Positions 1-15,178 are shown, numbered from the stretch's first letter. The stretch: DNA of 64,000 bases from the human T2T-CHM13v2.0 reference genome, Homo sapiens (GCF_009914755.1 NC_060940.1); one strand, 5' to 3'. Program-made: numbers and translations. The notes: generated by a model not told the origin, from the letters alone.

Positions 1-2020
1 ACACATTTCTTTTGTGTCACATTTTTTGACTTCTCTTTACATGCATTATACAAGCATTACATTTATTTCTCATTAGAGCTGGAGACGGGTGGTAGGGGAA
101 GGGTAGGGGCTCATAAAAAAAAATAGCCTGAGAGAGCACAGGTGACTTTAGAGAGTTCAACAATGTCAACAGAACAAGTGACACAGCAGCATCATAGTAA
201 AGAGAACATCATGTACATGGGATGCCCACCAAGAGTATGAAGCAATCTTATGGATGAAGCCATCTTCAGCATCTGAATGTATGCTGGAGGCAGCAATATG
301 GAAGGATTTCACATGTGTCTGCAAGGGCCCATGTTTACAGAAGAAACAATGTCACGAAAGCATGAAATGGGGAAAGCTGAGTGAAAATGAACCAACCTGA
401 TACCCAAAGAAGACCAGGTTCTGGGTAGGAGCAATTGGTGAGGTACAGCATGTAGTACATTGTTTTTTTTCAAATTCCTCAGCAATTTGATGTTATGCTA
501 GATATTCTAGTTAGTGAGATGATCTTGCAGTGTTTTCTTCCTCTCCTAGTGACTTCTGATTTTAGTTGTCCAGTTACTTTTTGGTTATGACTCATTCATT
601 TAAACCACCGTGTATTCTGATTATACCTATATTATGAAGTGATCTGCCTTTATATTTTTTCAGTAAACACAATGTAAGAACATAAATTCAGGGTGAAAAT
701 GTCTACAAATATTAAGTAGCATTATCTATACTTGGCTAATCTAATTTCGAAGTATTTAATGCTTTCATGTACCCTGACATTTTACTGCATTCCTATCAGA
801 TATTTTCCTGTATAAGAAATGTGATATATGTTGTTGTATTTCTGTACACCTTCTTGGCAATCTGAAGGAAACGAGTTTTCATATAAGTCAACCAATTTGT
901 GGGCCCATTAAGAAAATGAGCAAGGTATACTTGTGCTTGTAGTCTTACAATGCATATGAGAAAGAATATTCCAAGACATGTATATAGAAAAGGACTAGAA
1001 AAGGAAACTGGGGAGAAGGGAGATGGGAGACAGGAGTTAACCTCTGGAGACAGGAGTTAACCTGTAAATGTATCACATAACCAGGAAGATGAAACAGAAA
1101 ACAAACAAAGAAAAAACAAGGGAGACTCTTAGCAGTCACATTATCCTCAACACAACTGAACACAGTTTACACTTCACTGAGAACCTCCAGGAAACTCATC
1201 TTCAATGGCTTAACATGTAAAAAACAAATAGTGATTTTTTAAGGCTTGAGGAATTTGACTAGTCTTTAGTTAGTTCTCTGGATTTCTCTAGTTAGTTAAT
1301 ATAATGATATAATAGATTTATTCCTAAACTTGTTCACTCTACCTTAACTTTATTTTCATAACAGCTTATGCTCCTGAAAATTGTTCTCAGTGATGGAGAA
1401 CTTGCAAATGTGAACTGAACTCTCAAGGTTGGGTGGAGAATTATGTTTTAATTCATCTGCCATTTTCCCTCCAATAGTATAGCATATGATCAAGTTAAGA
1501 TATAAAAATAAGATTTACTTTAAGCTGAGAATGGCTCTTTAGTTTAGAATTAACTGATGGTAGATGTATGTCACTTCTGGTGTTAACATGGTAAGATTTC
1601 TCTATTGATCAAGTAGCATTCCAGAGGGGAAAGCTGTTTCCAGAGGACAGACGCTATGCTACACAAACTGTCACTTTCTTGCTATTATGGAGCCAGGAGT
1701 AACTCAGCTGCTAATTAAACTGGGATGAATTAAGGTAAATTGAATCTTCCTGCACATCTGTTCCAGGTCTGCAAATAGGACCATGAGGCACAGCAGACAC
1801 AGCTCATTTGACAAGAGCCTTCTTCTACTTTCCAATCAGTCCCAAAGAATCTTAGCACCTCAGGTCATGGAATCCTGAGGTAAGAAAGAATGTGAATGAG
1901 AGAACACTGACAACTATCTTGTGCATATCTTGACACTAGGAATATGCAAAACAATAATTCCATATTCACAGAAACCTGGAAGGCTTTCAAAGTTGGGTCG
2001 TTTTAGAATATGGACTACAT

Positions 2021-2323
2021 GGCCAGGCGCAGTGGCTCACGCCTATAATCCCAGCACTTTGTGAGGGTGAGGCGGGTGAATCACGAGGTCAGCAGTTCAA
2101 GACCAGCCTGGCTAAGATGGCAAAAATACAAAATACAAAAATACTAGAATACTAAAAATACAAAACTAGCCGGGCGCAGTGGCAGGTGCCTGTAATCCCA
2201 GCTACTCCGGAGGCTGAAGCAGGAAAATCACTTGAACCCCAGGGCGGAGGGTGCAGTGAACCGAGATTGTGCCACTGCACTCCAGCCTGGGAGACAGAGT
2301 GAGACTCTGTCTCCAAAAAAAAA
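2021..2323 (+). mobile_element. Alu SINE (AluS-type)
   Basis: Starts GGCCAGGCGCAGTGGCTCACGCC; dimeric; A tail; TSD ATATGGACTACA at 2008-2019 and 2331-2342. Confidence 0.95.
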
Positions 2324-4679
2324 TATATATATATGGACTACACACACTTATAAAACAAAATCAATAGATTAAGATTACATCAGTTATCCCCTGATGACTC
2401 CTTTAAACATACCTTGAAGGATAGTTTGATACTATTATTTCTGTGGCTACCTAAAATATTCATATAATTTAATCTCATTTCTTTAGTTAATCCTCTATTG
2501 TTGGAAAATGTTGTGGTTTCCATTTTTGTTTCTTTTTACTGTTGTTACGGGTAAAGCTGTAATTATTTCTCATACATATATAAACACACACACATATATA
2601 TGTGTGTTTGTGTGTGTGTGTTACACATATATTCCACCTACACTTGTGGTTATTTACTTGAATTACACTTCTAGGACTAAAATTTTGGGGATCAAATTTT
2701 ATTTCCAATTTTCCATTTGTGTATACATCACTAAATTACCAGGAGATATTTTACCTACTTTATCTATTTCCTGATATTTACAAATTCCTTTCTTTCCCAC
2801 CCTCCCCCCCTTCCTTCCTTTCCTTCTCTATTTGTCCCTTTATTACACAGACTTTCTTTCAATGGGTTCACAGTAATGAAAATCAAAATATGAAAATGTA
2901 ATACAATTACACTGACAATCTCTAATTACAAATAAATTAATCAAATCTTGCAGAAAAGTTAACATTGTACATTTTCAGACAAAAGAGTGCTAATTCTTAT
3001 ATTCACATGAAAAATGATTCTGTATGTAGGTTTTTCATCAAAGTGAAAGATCTGGATTGTGATGTTAAGAAAATTAGATACCTACATAATAAGCAAAAAG
3101 AAATATAAGAAATAAGAATAATCTCTAGGTTGACTATTATTGACTAATTATTGATTCTAGTGATCAAGTGCTAATGGCTTTGCTAGGCTCTCGGATTAAT
3201 ACAAGAAGACATAAAGATAATCTTTGCATTAAAAAGGTTTGTTTACTTGTTTGCGTCTTCTCTGCACTGGAGGCATAGAGCATTAAAAAGCACCTTGTAT
3301 TCAAGAAACGGGGTTAGTTCTGTGTGGTGGAAGCATGAAAAGCGCTAGGAGGAGTGAGGAAAAGTATGGAATAGTAAATTGTACTACAAAGTGAAAAATC
3401 TTGAAATTCAACCTAGAAATCCCCAAAGTAAGTTTCCCAGGACACTAGCAGCTGTATTTGTCCCTCGAAAATGTGACCCATGGATATATACGATTAGAAG
3501 ATTCTGACTTGATATCTTCCCCTTGACAAGTTAAAATGTACATTAGCATCTAAGCAGATCTGAGAAGTCTTTCACTAAGAAATCAAATTACCTTGGTTTA
3601 ATCCAGCATTTCCTATACCTAGTTAATCAATGGAACTGTTGAGATGTAAAACCCGATGCTATCTCACACAAAGAGAAAAAACTCTTGTAGACAGTACAGA
3701 GCCCCAAAAAGTTTTTGACAAAAAAATATGATATTATTCCAATCTCAACCATACAGGTATTGAACAGAGAAGAAAGAGACATATCTAAATTTAAAGAAGA
3801 ATATACAGGAAAATGCATCAGAAGTAAAGTAAGCTCCTGGAAATATGGGAATTCCCAAAATATTTCAAGAGGCTGATGTAGTTAGTAAGAATCTCTGCCT
3901 GCAGAGCTGGTGTTGGTATACTTGACTCTCGCCAGGTACTTGGGCACCTATGTCTATTACCTCAATTTGGGGTAATATTTGGGTCAGACACCTCCTTTCT
4001 CCTTTTCAAGCCCATCCCACTCATTGCCACCCACGCATGGAATGCAGGCCAGAAAGAAATGAGTAGGAGCTTCCACTGCAAAGAGGGAAACAAAAAACTC
4101 AAGGTTAAGGTTGATGCTTATCCCTAAAAATTATGAAAATTTCCAAATGTCAGATAAGTTTCAAGAGTAATACTACTTTGAATAGAAATAAACTTCAAAG
4201 ATTTGGACTTCGACTTGAGTTCAAAAGTTGGAAAAATGATATATAATGCAAAATGAGTTAAATGATCACTTCTTTTAAATATCCAAGATAAATATTTGCT
4301 GATCCTCAAGCTCTAACAAAGCACTAAACAGAATTGATAGGGATGAGAATGATTTTATTGATCGCAGGAGGTCATACTTTCTGTCTGGCACATTGAATCA
4401 TGAAAAGGTCTTGGGCATGTATGATGATGAGGATTGCTCTAGGTAGGAAATGAAGGTAAAGTGCATTTCTGTTAATTCTTGCCATTCATCATCACCTTTC
4501 TTGATCAGTTCATGTAACATCACACAGGAGCATATGAGGAGCCTTTTAAAATTGTTTTATTTTCTAGTTTAAAAATTGAGGATACTACCTTTACCACCTC
4601 ATTCCCCAAATTAGTACATTTAAGGTTCTCATTACATATTATCTTCTAAAATAATAGTAATACTGTTAGCTGGGGGTTC

Positions 4680-4880
4680 TTCTGTTTTTCAGTCACTCTA
4701 CTAAGCACTTGTTTTAAGGGTCACTTTGTATTATTTGACTTGACCCCCACAGGAAACTTACAAGCAAAATCCAATTTTACCTCTAAGAGAAAACTAAGGC
4801 TTAGATGTTGAGTAATTTGTTAAAATCATGGAGCTAGGCAGTGGCAGGGACAGGACCCAAATCATAGTGCAAGCTACTTT
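4680..4880 (-). mobile_element. MIR SINE fragment
   Basis: Degenerate MIR core (GAGAAAACTAAGGCTTAGA...GAGCTAGGCAGTGGCAGGGACAGGACCCAAA). Confidence 0.55.
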
Positions 4881-4989
4881 TATTTCACTTGGAGCTACTT
4901 TGACTTAGAAGACCATTTATGATCTGACAGTCTCTCACTGTCCATTCTTTCTCTAATTTAATCTCCTTCATTTCATTGCTAGATCACTC

Positions 4990-5415
4990 CTCTCCTGCCA
5001 CCCAGGCCTCTTTACTCTTCCCCAAATATGTCAAGTATGCTCATTTGTGCCTTAGGGACTCTACATTTGTTTGTTCTTCCTGAAATGTCTTCTCCCAGAA
5101 AGTCGGTGTGATGTGCTTTTTCTAACCTCCTTCTGCTTATTTGAGTATCAGATCAAATGTCACATTGTCCCCACCTTCCACGTGTCTGCCTCCAAAAGTC
5201 TTTCTCCTCTTTCATCTGCTTACTGTTTGCCAATGTACATGTAACCATCTAACATACTTGAGTTCTGCTTACTTATTTTCTTACTAAACCTTCCCACCGT
5301 GAGTCTGTAAATTTTCTGAAGGTAGGTACTTTGTGTGTTTTATTGACTACTGTACTCTGAGAACTTACAACAGTATTTGGCAAATAGTATTAAATTACTA
5401 TGTGTTGAGTTAATT
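4990..5415 (+). mobile_element. L2 LINE 3' fragment
   Basis: L2-like 3' end (CTGTAAATTTTCTGAAGGTAGGTACTTTG...ACAACAGTATTTGGCAAATAGTA...GTTGAGTTAATTAA). Confidence 0.65.
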
Positions 5416-6719
5416 AAGAATTATTTTCTCTTGTCTTTATTCTTACGTATGTTTCATTTTCCTATTTTTATATTTTTAAAATTTATCTTTCATCTCTAAA
5501 GCCTTATTACTGCAAGCAAATCAATCTCTAAGTATTTTAGTAAACAATAAGCAGATGCGACAAACTGTATGTAGACCTCATACCCAAGGATGCTAGAATA
5601 TGGCCAATGCATTTCAATGGTTAGGAAATCACATGTAGTCTCTACAAAACAAGGCAAGAAGAGATTGCTTTAGTTTTTAGGTTTTTTTTTTTCCTCTTTC
5701 AGGCTTATAATTTCAAATATATTGGAATTAAGATAGGAAAATGCAAAAAAATATTAACCAAGTCATTTGAAGACAATGATTTTAAGTATTAATATAATTG
5801 AATTGTATTGAAAGAATGTGAATAGATGAGAAATAAAAATAATTTCCATGAGTTATGTCTAGAAACAAATACAAAGGGACATAAAAGCCCAGTGCACATG
5901 CACCAAATTGACTCCAGACAAGTCAAAAGTAATCTCTAACGTACTTTTTGCCTCATATCAGCAGTGACTGGATTTCTCTACACATATAAAAATAGAAAAA
6001 CATGCTTGTTTGGTATCAAAATGTACTGAATATGTAAAAATATTATTTCTTATTACCATGCATTTCTTCTACTATGACTTGTCAGGTGCTTCATGCTGTT
6101 CTTTTTATCTTTGGTTGAGTCACTTCTATTTGCCCTAAAAAAGTACATTGTACATTTCCATTTCTTTTATTCCTGTGATTACTGTATTTGGGTGTTTGTC
6201 ATCCATAATCTGGAATACTGAAAGAAGCTGTTCATTATTTTTTCTACCATCTTTTCTAGACTTCCAGTCTAGCCTGTGGATATTATGAGAAAATACGCTT
6301 GTAAAGCTCACTATCTTCAAGGGTCCTCCATTACGTATGGAATAAACCCAAAATTTCCAAGCAGAAATTTCCAATGGCCTGGCCTTGACTTCTCACTGTG
6401 TTCTACAGATTAAATTTTCTGATTATTCTGTTCCAAGTGTCATTTCCAAAAGAAGCTATGTAGCTTGTTCATATGATTTCCTTTCTTGGAACATTATTGT
6501 CTACTCTGGATTCTCTATAAATATTACTTATTTATTTTTTTATTTTTAGACCTAACTTGAAAGAGACTTTCTTCTTTTTCTGATTTCTTTCAGAATCAGA
6601 AACAACAGCATATATGCCTTTTTTTCTTTGTAGATTTATATTCAGGGACCACACGTATTTCAGCTTTGTTTTCTTCAGAATATTTAGAATTGTGCTTTGC
6701 ATTCTGCTGGATCTCAATT

Positions 6720-7236
6720 TGTTTATTTGTCTCCATTATTTTTGCTGTACAACAAATACGCCAAGATTCAGTAGCTTAAACCAACTCATTTATTATGCTC
6801 ACAGAATCTGAGGCCAGGAACCCAGGCAGAGCACAGGATAAGCCCATCTGTGTTTCACAATGTTTGGGTCTTCATCTGGGAAGGCTAAAGGGCTGTGGGT
6901 TTCATTTAATCACATGTGGATTCTGGCTGGTGTGACTCAAAGACAAAGACTGCCAGCGAAAGCATCTCCATGTGACTTGACTTTTTCACAGCATGGTGGC
7001 TTCGGGGAAGTCAGACTTCTTATTGTAGTTCTGGTCTCTAAGGGGAAGTGTTCAGCAAACATAGAGAAAGTCCCAGTGTCCTTTATGGCCCTTCTCAGAA
7101 ACCACTGAGCATCACTTCTACTTCACTCTATGAGTAGAAGCAGTGACAACTCTTCCAGATTCTAGGCCAGGGCACATAGACCCTGCCTTCTGTGGAAAAT
7201 GGGAGGAATTTTGGAGCAATGTTTTGAAATTCTACA
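6720..7236 (-). mobile_element. MLT1-family (MaLR) LTR, old
   Basis: GCTGTACAACAAATAC...AGTAGCTTAAACCAACTCATTTATTATGCTCACAGAATCTG is typical of an antisense MLT1 LTR. Confidence 0.7.
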
Positions 7237-7362
7237 CTTGCGTTCTACATATGGCTACTTTTAAGGTACAAAATAACTTTGTGAAATGATCATGGACAAG
7301 CTCTTGTATTTCTGATAACAGAAATCAGATTTGTTTTTCTTCTATCGATGGCTGCTATTTCT

Positions 7363-7600
7363 GCAGTGCAGCAGAAATAGAACAGCTTGGACTTGGGAGT
7401 AAGGTAAGCCTGGGTTCAAATCCTGGCTGTGTAGTTCATCAGTATGCGTCATTGTACAAATTATTCAACACATCTAAGCCTCTGATCATTCAATTATACC
7501 CCGGAGAGAACGATATCTCAAATAATTGAGATGAGGATGAAATACAATAATGCACATGAAATAAAATGTGTGAAACATAGTTGGCCCTAAATAAATATTA
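7363..7600 (+). mobile_element. MIR SINE
   Basis: CCTGGGTTCAAATCCTGGCT B-box region and MIR 3' tail. Confidence 0.7.
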
Positions 7601-8529
7601 ATTTCCTTTAGCCTTTCTCCATCCAAATCAAGCCTGCAGTTATCTTTACATAAACACATCTAGAATAAAAATATTCCAATAAGAAGATAGTATTTGAATT
7701 CCTTGTGTAGAATAGATAAGGAATTTATAGGAATGCTAGGCAAAGGTAAGAAAGATGTGACAAAACCTGGTTAGGTGACCTTAGTTTTATGGTCTGGAGT
7801 TTAGTGGCTAGAGGAAGGGAGAAGAGATAAGCCCAGGGAAGTAGCCATGGGGACAATTTAAATTAAGATTTCTATTTTTCTATCATGTTTTTCTTGTTCT
7901 ATCTTTATCCCAATAGATAATAATTTCAATTCTGTACAATGATAATTCTCTAGTGCTTTCTGTAAGTAACATGGCACAGAGTCTCCTCAGTGACCATAAT
8001 GCTGAACAGTTGAGTTTTCTCATTGTCCCCTATTATATCCTTCACCTCACAACTCTGTGGGAAGAGCAGCTGCAGGGTGCACTGAATATTAATCTCAAAG
8101 CAGCAGGCTGATCAGGGAAGGAATATACCATCTAGAGACACCCAGGAGGAAAATGACTCCAATTAATGTGACAGCTTATGATTATTTATGTTATTATTTT
8201 TGTTATTTATTTCTTTTAAAAGGGATTGATTGCTTCATTTGAAAATGGAAGCAAATAAATTTAACCAGTAAGGGGAGAATTGAATAATGGTTCTGGAAGA
8301 TGTATTTCAAGTGGTGCTACGAAGATTTTTAATTATTCAGGGTTGGATCTATCATGCGGCACCCAGAGAGACCGTTTAACTCCCCACAGGAGGGAGACTG
8401 CCTTTTAACAGGATTAGTCAGCATCATCACCAAAGTCACATTGTGTACTCATTATGCTATGTGCATATGATAATTATGCTGCACCTGTATAGGATTCAGA
8501 AATATGTATGGACAAATTCTATCTATATT

Positions 8530-8702
8530 GGTGATATATATAATATATATTATATGTGATATATATAATATATATTATATGTGATATATATAATATATAT
8601 TATATGTGATATATAATATATATAATATGTGATATATAATATATATAATATGTGATATATAATATATATTATATGTGATATATATAATATATATCACATA
8701 TA
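8530..8702. repeat. AT-rich minisatellite, ~23-25 bp unit GTGATATATATAATATATATTATAT
   Basis: About 7 tandem copies visible directly. Confidence 0.9.
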
Positions 8703-8773
8703 ATACATATATGGGTTGATAGAATATATGCTAAGATAATATAAATGTTAATAGTGCTTAATCTGTGCCAGAG

Positions 8774-9136
8774 TGTATTTGTCCATTTTCACACTGCTAT
8801 AAATAAGTTCCCTGAGACTGGGTAATTTATAAAGGAAAGAGGCTTAATTAACCCACAGTTCTGTATGACTGGGGAGGCCTCAGGAAACTTACAATCATGG
8901 TGGAAGGCAAAGGGAAAGCAGACACCTTCCTCACAAGGCGGCAGAAGAGAGAAGCATGTGAAGAGAGAAACTGTCAACCACTTATAAAACCATCAGATCT
9001 CATAAGAACTCACTCACTATCACGAGAACAGCATGGGGGAAATTGCCCCCACGATCCAGTCACCTCCCTCCCTCTACACGTGGGGATTACGATTCAAGAT
9101 GAGATTTGGGTGGGGACACAGGGCCAAACCATATCA
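8774..9136 (-). mobile_element. THE1 (THE1C-like, MaLR) solo LTR inserted in a MIR
   Basis: Reverse complement begins TGATATGGTTTGGCCCTGTGTCCCCACCCAAATCTCATCTTGAAT; TG...CA ends; 5-bp TSD CAGAG/CAGAC. Confidence 0.9.
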
Positions 9137-9303
9137 CAGACTTTATATATATTAACACATTTAATTCTCACAATAACGCTAAGAGGTATATTCTATTGTC
9201 ATCCCTATTTTACAAAAGGGAAACTGACACACAGAGATATTAAGTAACTCACACAGATCACAAGTGGCAGAACTGGGATTCAAACACAAGCAGTTTGGTT
9301 TTA
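9137..9303 (-). mobile_element. MIR SINE (host of THE1; left part ~8740-8773)
   Basis: CATCCCTATTTTACAAAAGGGAAACTGAC...AAGTAACT...GGCAGAACTGGGATTCAAAC core. Confidence 0.75.
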
Positions 9304-12235
9304 AAAAAAATGTGTGCATCTCTGCATATTTTATATATGCACACACACTTACATACATGTATGTGTAGTTGGGTTATTTTATGAATAAATGTACAACAAT
9401 GTAGATAAGAGACACAGATAAAGTTAGACCTAAAAATGTAGATGTGTATAGATGTGGCTACTGGGATACATCCCTTCTGCTTCTGTGACCTTAGTGTTCT
9501 GTAGTAACTTAAAATAGACATTTGAAATAGATCACTAGACCAGAAGATTTTTAATAATATCTTATTGGTCATAAGACATTTAATATGTCCCATGAGTCAG
9601 GAAATGAACTAGTTCAAGCTTGAAGCAAAGACAAAATAAACAAAACACAGATTTGATAGTCTCTGAAACTGAAATAAATTTCCATCTTTTTACTCTAGTT
9701 TCTCCTTTCAGCCTATCAACCATTTAAAAAATATAGAAGAACTTCAGGCAATTCTCTTTAATTTTTCAAGATTTATACCTCCACCAATAAGTTTAGCATT
9801 ATAACTTATAGAAAAAATTTTCTAATATGCATATATCCTTGGCATTAAGTCTTCTCATAGGGTTATAAAATGCCAAGGTTAGTTATCCAGCATGTCTACA
9901 TAGTCTGCATGAAGGCAACAATGCTAGACAGTCATTAGATCTTAAAATACAAGTGTGGCTATTAGGATACATTCCCTCTGCTTCTATGACCTTAGGGATG
10001 TAGAAGGCTTGAGAAGAGAGAGTAAGCATGAAAATATCCCATTTGATTTATTCAGCTGCTTTGGAGCTTATTTCTTTAAGATTATTAACATTGTAGTACA
10101 ACAAGCACTGTAATTTAAAAAGGATTCCTTAGAACTGTTCCACCTGAAGTGAGAAGAAACTGGGTATTGGTCCTTCAACTCTTACCTGTCATTGACAGAG
10201 AGCTATTTCTTGGGAATATCAAGCCCTGCAATCCTTGTGTCTATCACCAGCCCAGAATGCCAGAGAAAGCCCTCAAGTGCTTGTTTTTGGAAGCCACAGC
10301 TAGTACGGGATTGGTGGGACCTGAGGAGACATGGGTGAGGGGTTAACAGCATCTGCTACAGATAAGCAGACACTTTCCATTCCTGCACAATGCTCAGTCA
10401 TCACAACGAGTATTAGAAGTACATATTGGCCCTCCCTTTGGAGAAATGTCATCTTATTAACATCTTACATGTGTTTTCCCATGAATTAGCTCATTTAGTT
10501 CTTAAGAGAATAGAGTTAATGACACGATGTCTAAATATTTTAAGTGTGTTGCTCAAAAACAAATAACAAATGAAATATTAGAAGTCAGGTTACCCAAGCC
10601 GAGGGTGCCCACATGACACTTCTCGAGAGACTGAGGAATTTTCTTCAGTTAAGATTGTACCAGGGCCCCATCTTCTTAACCAGCAAGGTAGGGTGGCCTC
10701 AATTCAACATCAGCTGAATTCAAGGCTGTTTTCAGAAACTATAGTGTTACTTGGGGCAGAACATTCTCAAAAGCAACAACAAAAACTTTCTCAGGAAAGT
10801 TTCATGGAAAGAAGAATGTAATTAACATCTGGTGGAAGTTAATTAAGGATCTCTGGTGTAAAGGCAATGAGGTGATACGGAAATTACATTGGGTCGAGGA
10901 GGCAGAGACCTGGTCCTAATGTAGTGTCTGCCATCAACCAGCTGTGTGACATGGATTAAATCACTTGTCCTCAGGAAACCTCAGGTCCTAATTTATAAAT
11001 AAAGCTCTTTGTGCTTAAAGTGTATTTTGAGACCCTGAAGAGGGAAGCAACAAGCAACATTACATTTAAGTAGTACATTACTTTACAAATGTGGATGGTT
11101 ATATGTATTTTGAACCAGGCACTTTGGAGTATTAGTATAGAATGCTTTGGGTAGTTAGACTTTTGTATGCTGATTGAACCTCATAAAATGCCACATGCCT
11201 CATCTCTCTCCTTCTCTGTCTCCCCTCTTTATTTTTCCTCATCCTGCTCTCTCCTTGGCTTAACGTTCTTGTCTCCTGGTTCTATACCAGTGAAAGAGAA
11301 CCACAATATTGCCTTCTCACCCACCTTTGGCCATCATAATGGCTTTTTTTCATGTAAAATGATTACATATCCAATTAAAGTGAACACCTGGAGGAAATAA
11401 TAGCTGGACTACTCAATAATTTTAGGTTATGCTGAAAAAATAATTATTTCAGTCTTTTCTTCAGGTCAGTTTACTTGAAAAGAAATAATGCGTAATGGGT
11501 TCAGTCAAAGTCAGCCTGGCAATTTGCCTACAAACTATTGTCAGGCAGTAAATTACAGAAGTAGTTGATCATCACACATGCTCATCAGCTCACTAATAGA
11601 GAGAAGCCAATGACAATTTAGGGAGAAAATAACCAAAATATATATCACATTTATTCTATTCAGAACAAATCATTTTTTAACACTTATTTTTTTTTTCCCT
11701 AGTTAAGTTTCAATTTATCTGGGGCTCTGTCAGGATGACAGAAACTCATTTAGAATCCATGAAGACAGCTGACAGAAAGTGCATTAAAAATTAGATTTTG
11801 AATTCAAAGAATGAAAGCTTTAAATCACTACAGTCAAGTCAGTGGGACAAGACTGATACCAGATGCTATTTTGTTCATATTATTAAGGAAGTATTCCAGC
11901 CTTGAAGAGACCTTGTCACTACACAGCTTCTGTCTATGTAAATAAGAATGAAGTGAGTATATCTGTTGTCAATGATAGAAACAGCCATCCATTGCCTCAA
12001 AACAACAGGCTGGTTCATTAGAGGAGAATGCTAAAAGTTAGAAGAACCCTGAAAGGTCATATATGCCCAATTCCCTCATTATGTGTATGGGAGGACTGAA
12101 ATCCCATAGGAGACGGTTAGCAGGTGTATTAGACACACATGAACTCTTCAATTTAAATCGAGTGGTCTAAGTAAGGGTTAAGCCACTCTGTTGATAGGGG
12201 TTTCGGGCAAGTCACTGGACAACCCTGGGCATCAT

Positions 12236-13803
<1,568 letters not shown>

Positions 13804-13884
13804 ATCGTACATGTGAAACTGTAACTAATATATTGTACATGTAAAATGGGAATAATTATACTTCGCTCACAAAGGTGGTGTCAG

Positions 13885-14193
13885 TTTTTTTTTGTTTTGT
13901 TTTGTTTTTTTGAGATGGAGTGTTGCTCTTTTTGCCCAGGCTGGAGTGCAATGGCACCATCTTGGCTCACAGCAACCTCCGCCTCCTGGGTTCAAGTGAT
14001 TCTCCTGCCTCAGCCTCCTGAGTAGCGGGGATTACAGGTATGCGCCACTACGCCTGGCTAATTTTGTATTTTTAGTAGAGATGGGGTTTCTCCATGTTGG
14101 TCAGGCTGGTCTCGAACTCCTGACCTTAGGTGATCCGCCCGCCTCGGCCTCCCAAAGTGCTGGGATTACAGGCATGAGCCACCGCACCCGGCC
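13885..14193 (-). mobile_element. Alu SINE (AluSp-like)
   Basis: Full dimer, T-tail, TSD CAGTTTTTTT; GTGCAATGG and GTTTCTCCATGTTGGTCAGG diagnostics. Confidence 0.93.
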
Positions 14194-14269
14194 CAGTTTT
14201 TTTAATATATAAAAATAATGTATATTAAAACTACTGGCTTGGATAATAAAACTTAAGAGGAACCCAGTC

Positions 14270-15178
14270 AGTATTGTTTGCTTGGTTTTTAAGATCCTTC
14301 CTATGTAGTCTCATCTTTATTCCTGGATTCTGCTGAGATGCTCAATGGATCCATGAGTCACATGCTTAATCTCCTCAAAGAACTCTCTGGGCGAGAACCT
14401 ACGCACACCTTTTGGTCTTTCTGAGACACTGGGTAATAGTTGTTTAACCACACCCTTGACTTTCTGTTCAGAACACACTTTCCTAAGAATGAATCTTCTC
14501 GTTTTAGCTTCTTTTGCAAAATGAATAGGCAGAGAATTTCCCAAATCATGAAATCCTGGTTTTTGTTTAATAGTCTTCCTCAATTTATCTCCCTCCTCTT
14601 GCATTTTATTATAAGCAGCAAAAAGAAATCTGACCGTACTTTCAACATGTTGCCTAAAATATTCAGAAAAACAACCAAGTTATTTGCTTACAAGTTATGC
14701 TTCCACATAATTGTAGGACACAATTCAGCTAGGCTTTCTGTCACTATATTACAAGGGTCCCTCTCCTTCAGCTCCCCAAATCAAGCTCCTTATTTTTTTC
14801 TGAGCCCTCAGCAGCAAAGCCTTTAATGTGCATATTTCTACCAACATTCTGTTGATGATAACATACATATACTCTAAGATGATAGAGAGTTTCTCTCCTG
14901 TTCTCTTAACTTACTCCTGAGCCCTCATCAACAGAGCCTATAATACCCATTTTTTCTACCAATAGTCTGTTTAAAGCAGTATAGGCTTTTCCTATCTAGC
15001 ACCTCAAAATTATTTGAGTCTCTACCTATTACCCAATTCCACGGCCATGTTCACATTTTTAGGCATTTGTTACAAGATTTTTAAAGACATTTGTTACAGT
15101 TTTTAGGTATTTAGTTAAATATAGCATTTTAGATACTTGTTACAGGTCTTAGATATGTAGTTTTTAGGTACCAAAATC
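14270..15178 (-). mobile_element. MaLR (MLT1) internal sequence, 5' portion
   Basis: Abuts the LTR through GATTTTGGTACC on the minus strand, the MaLR LTR-internal junction; degenerate ORF 14317-14604 resembles the MaLR gag-like ORF. Confidence 0.7.

Noticed and set aside
2588-2607. 20-bp palindrome ACACACATATATATGTGTGT
   Set aside because: It is a common by-product of adjoining CA/TA/TG microsatellites
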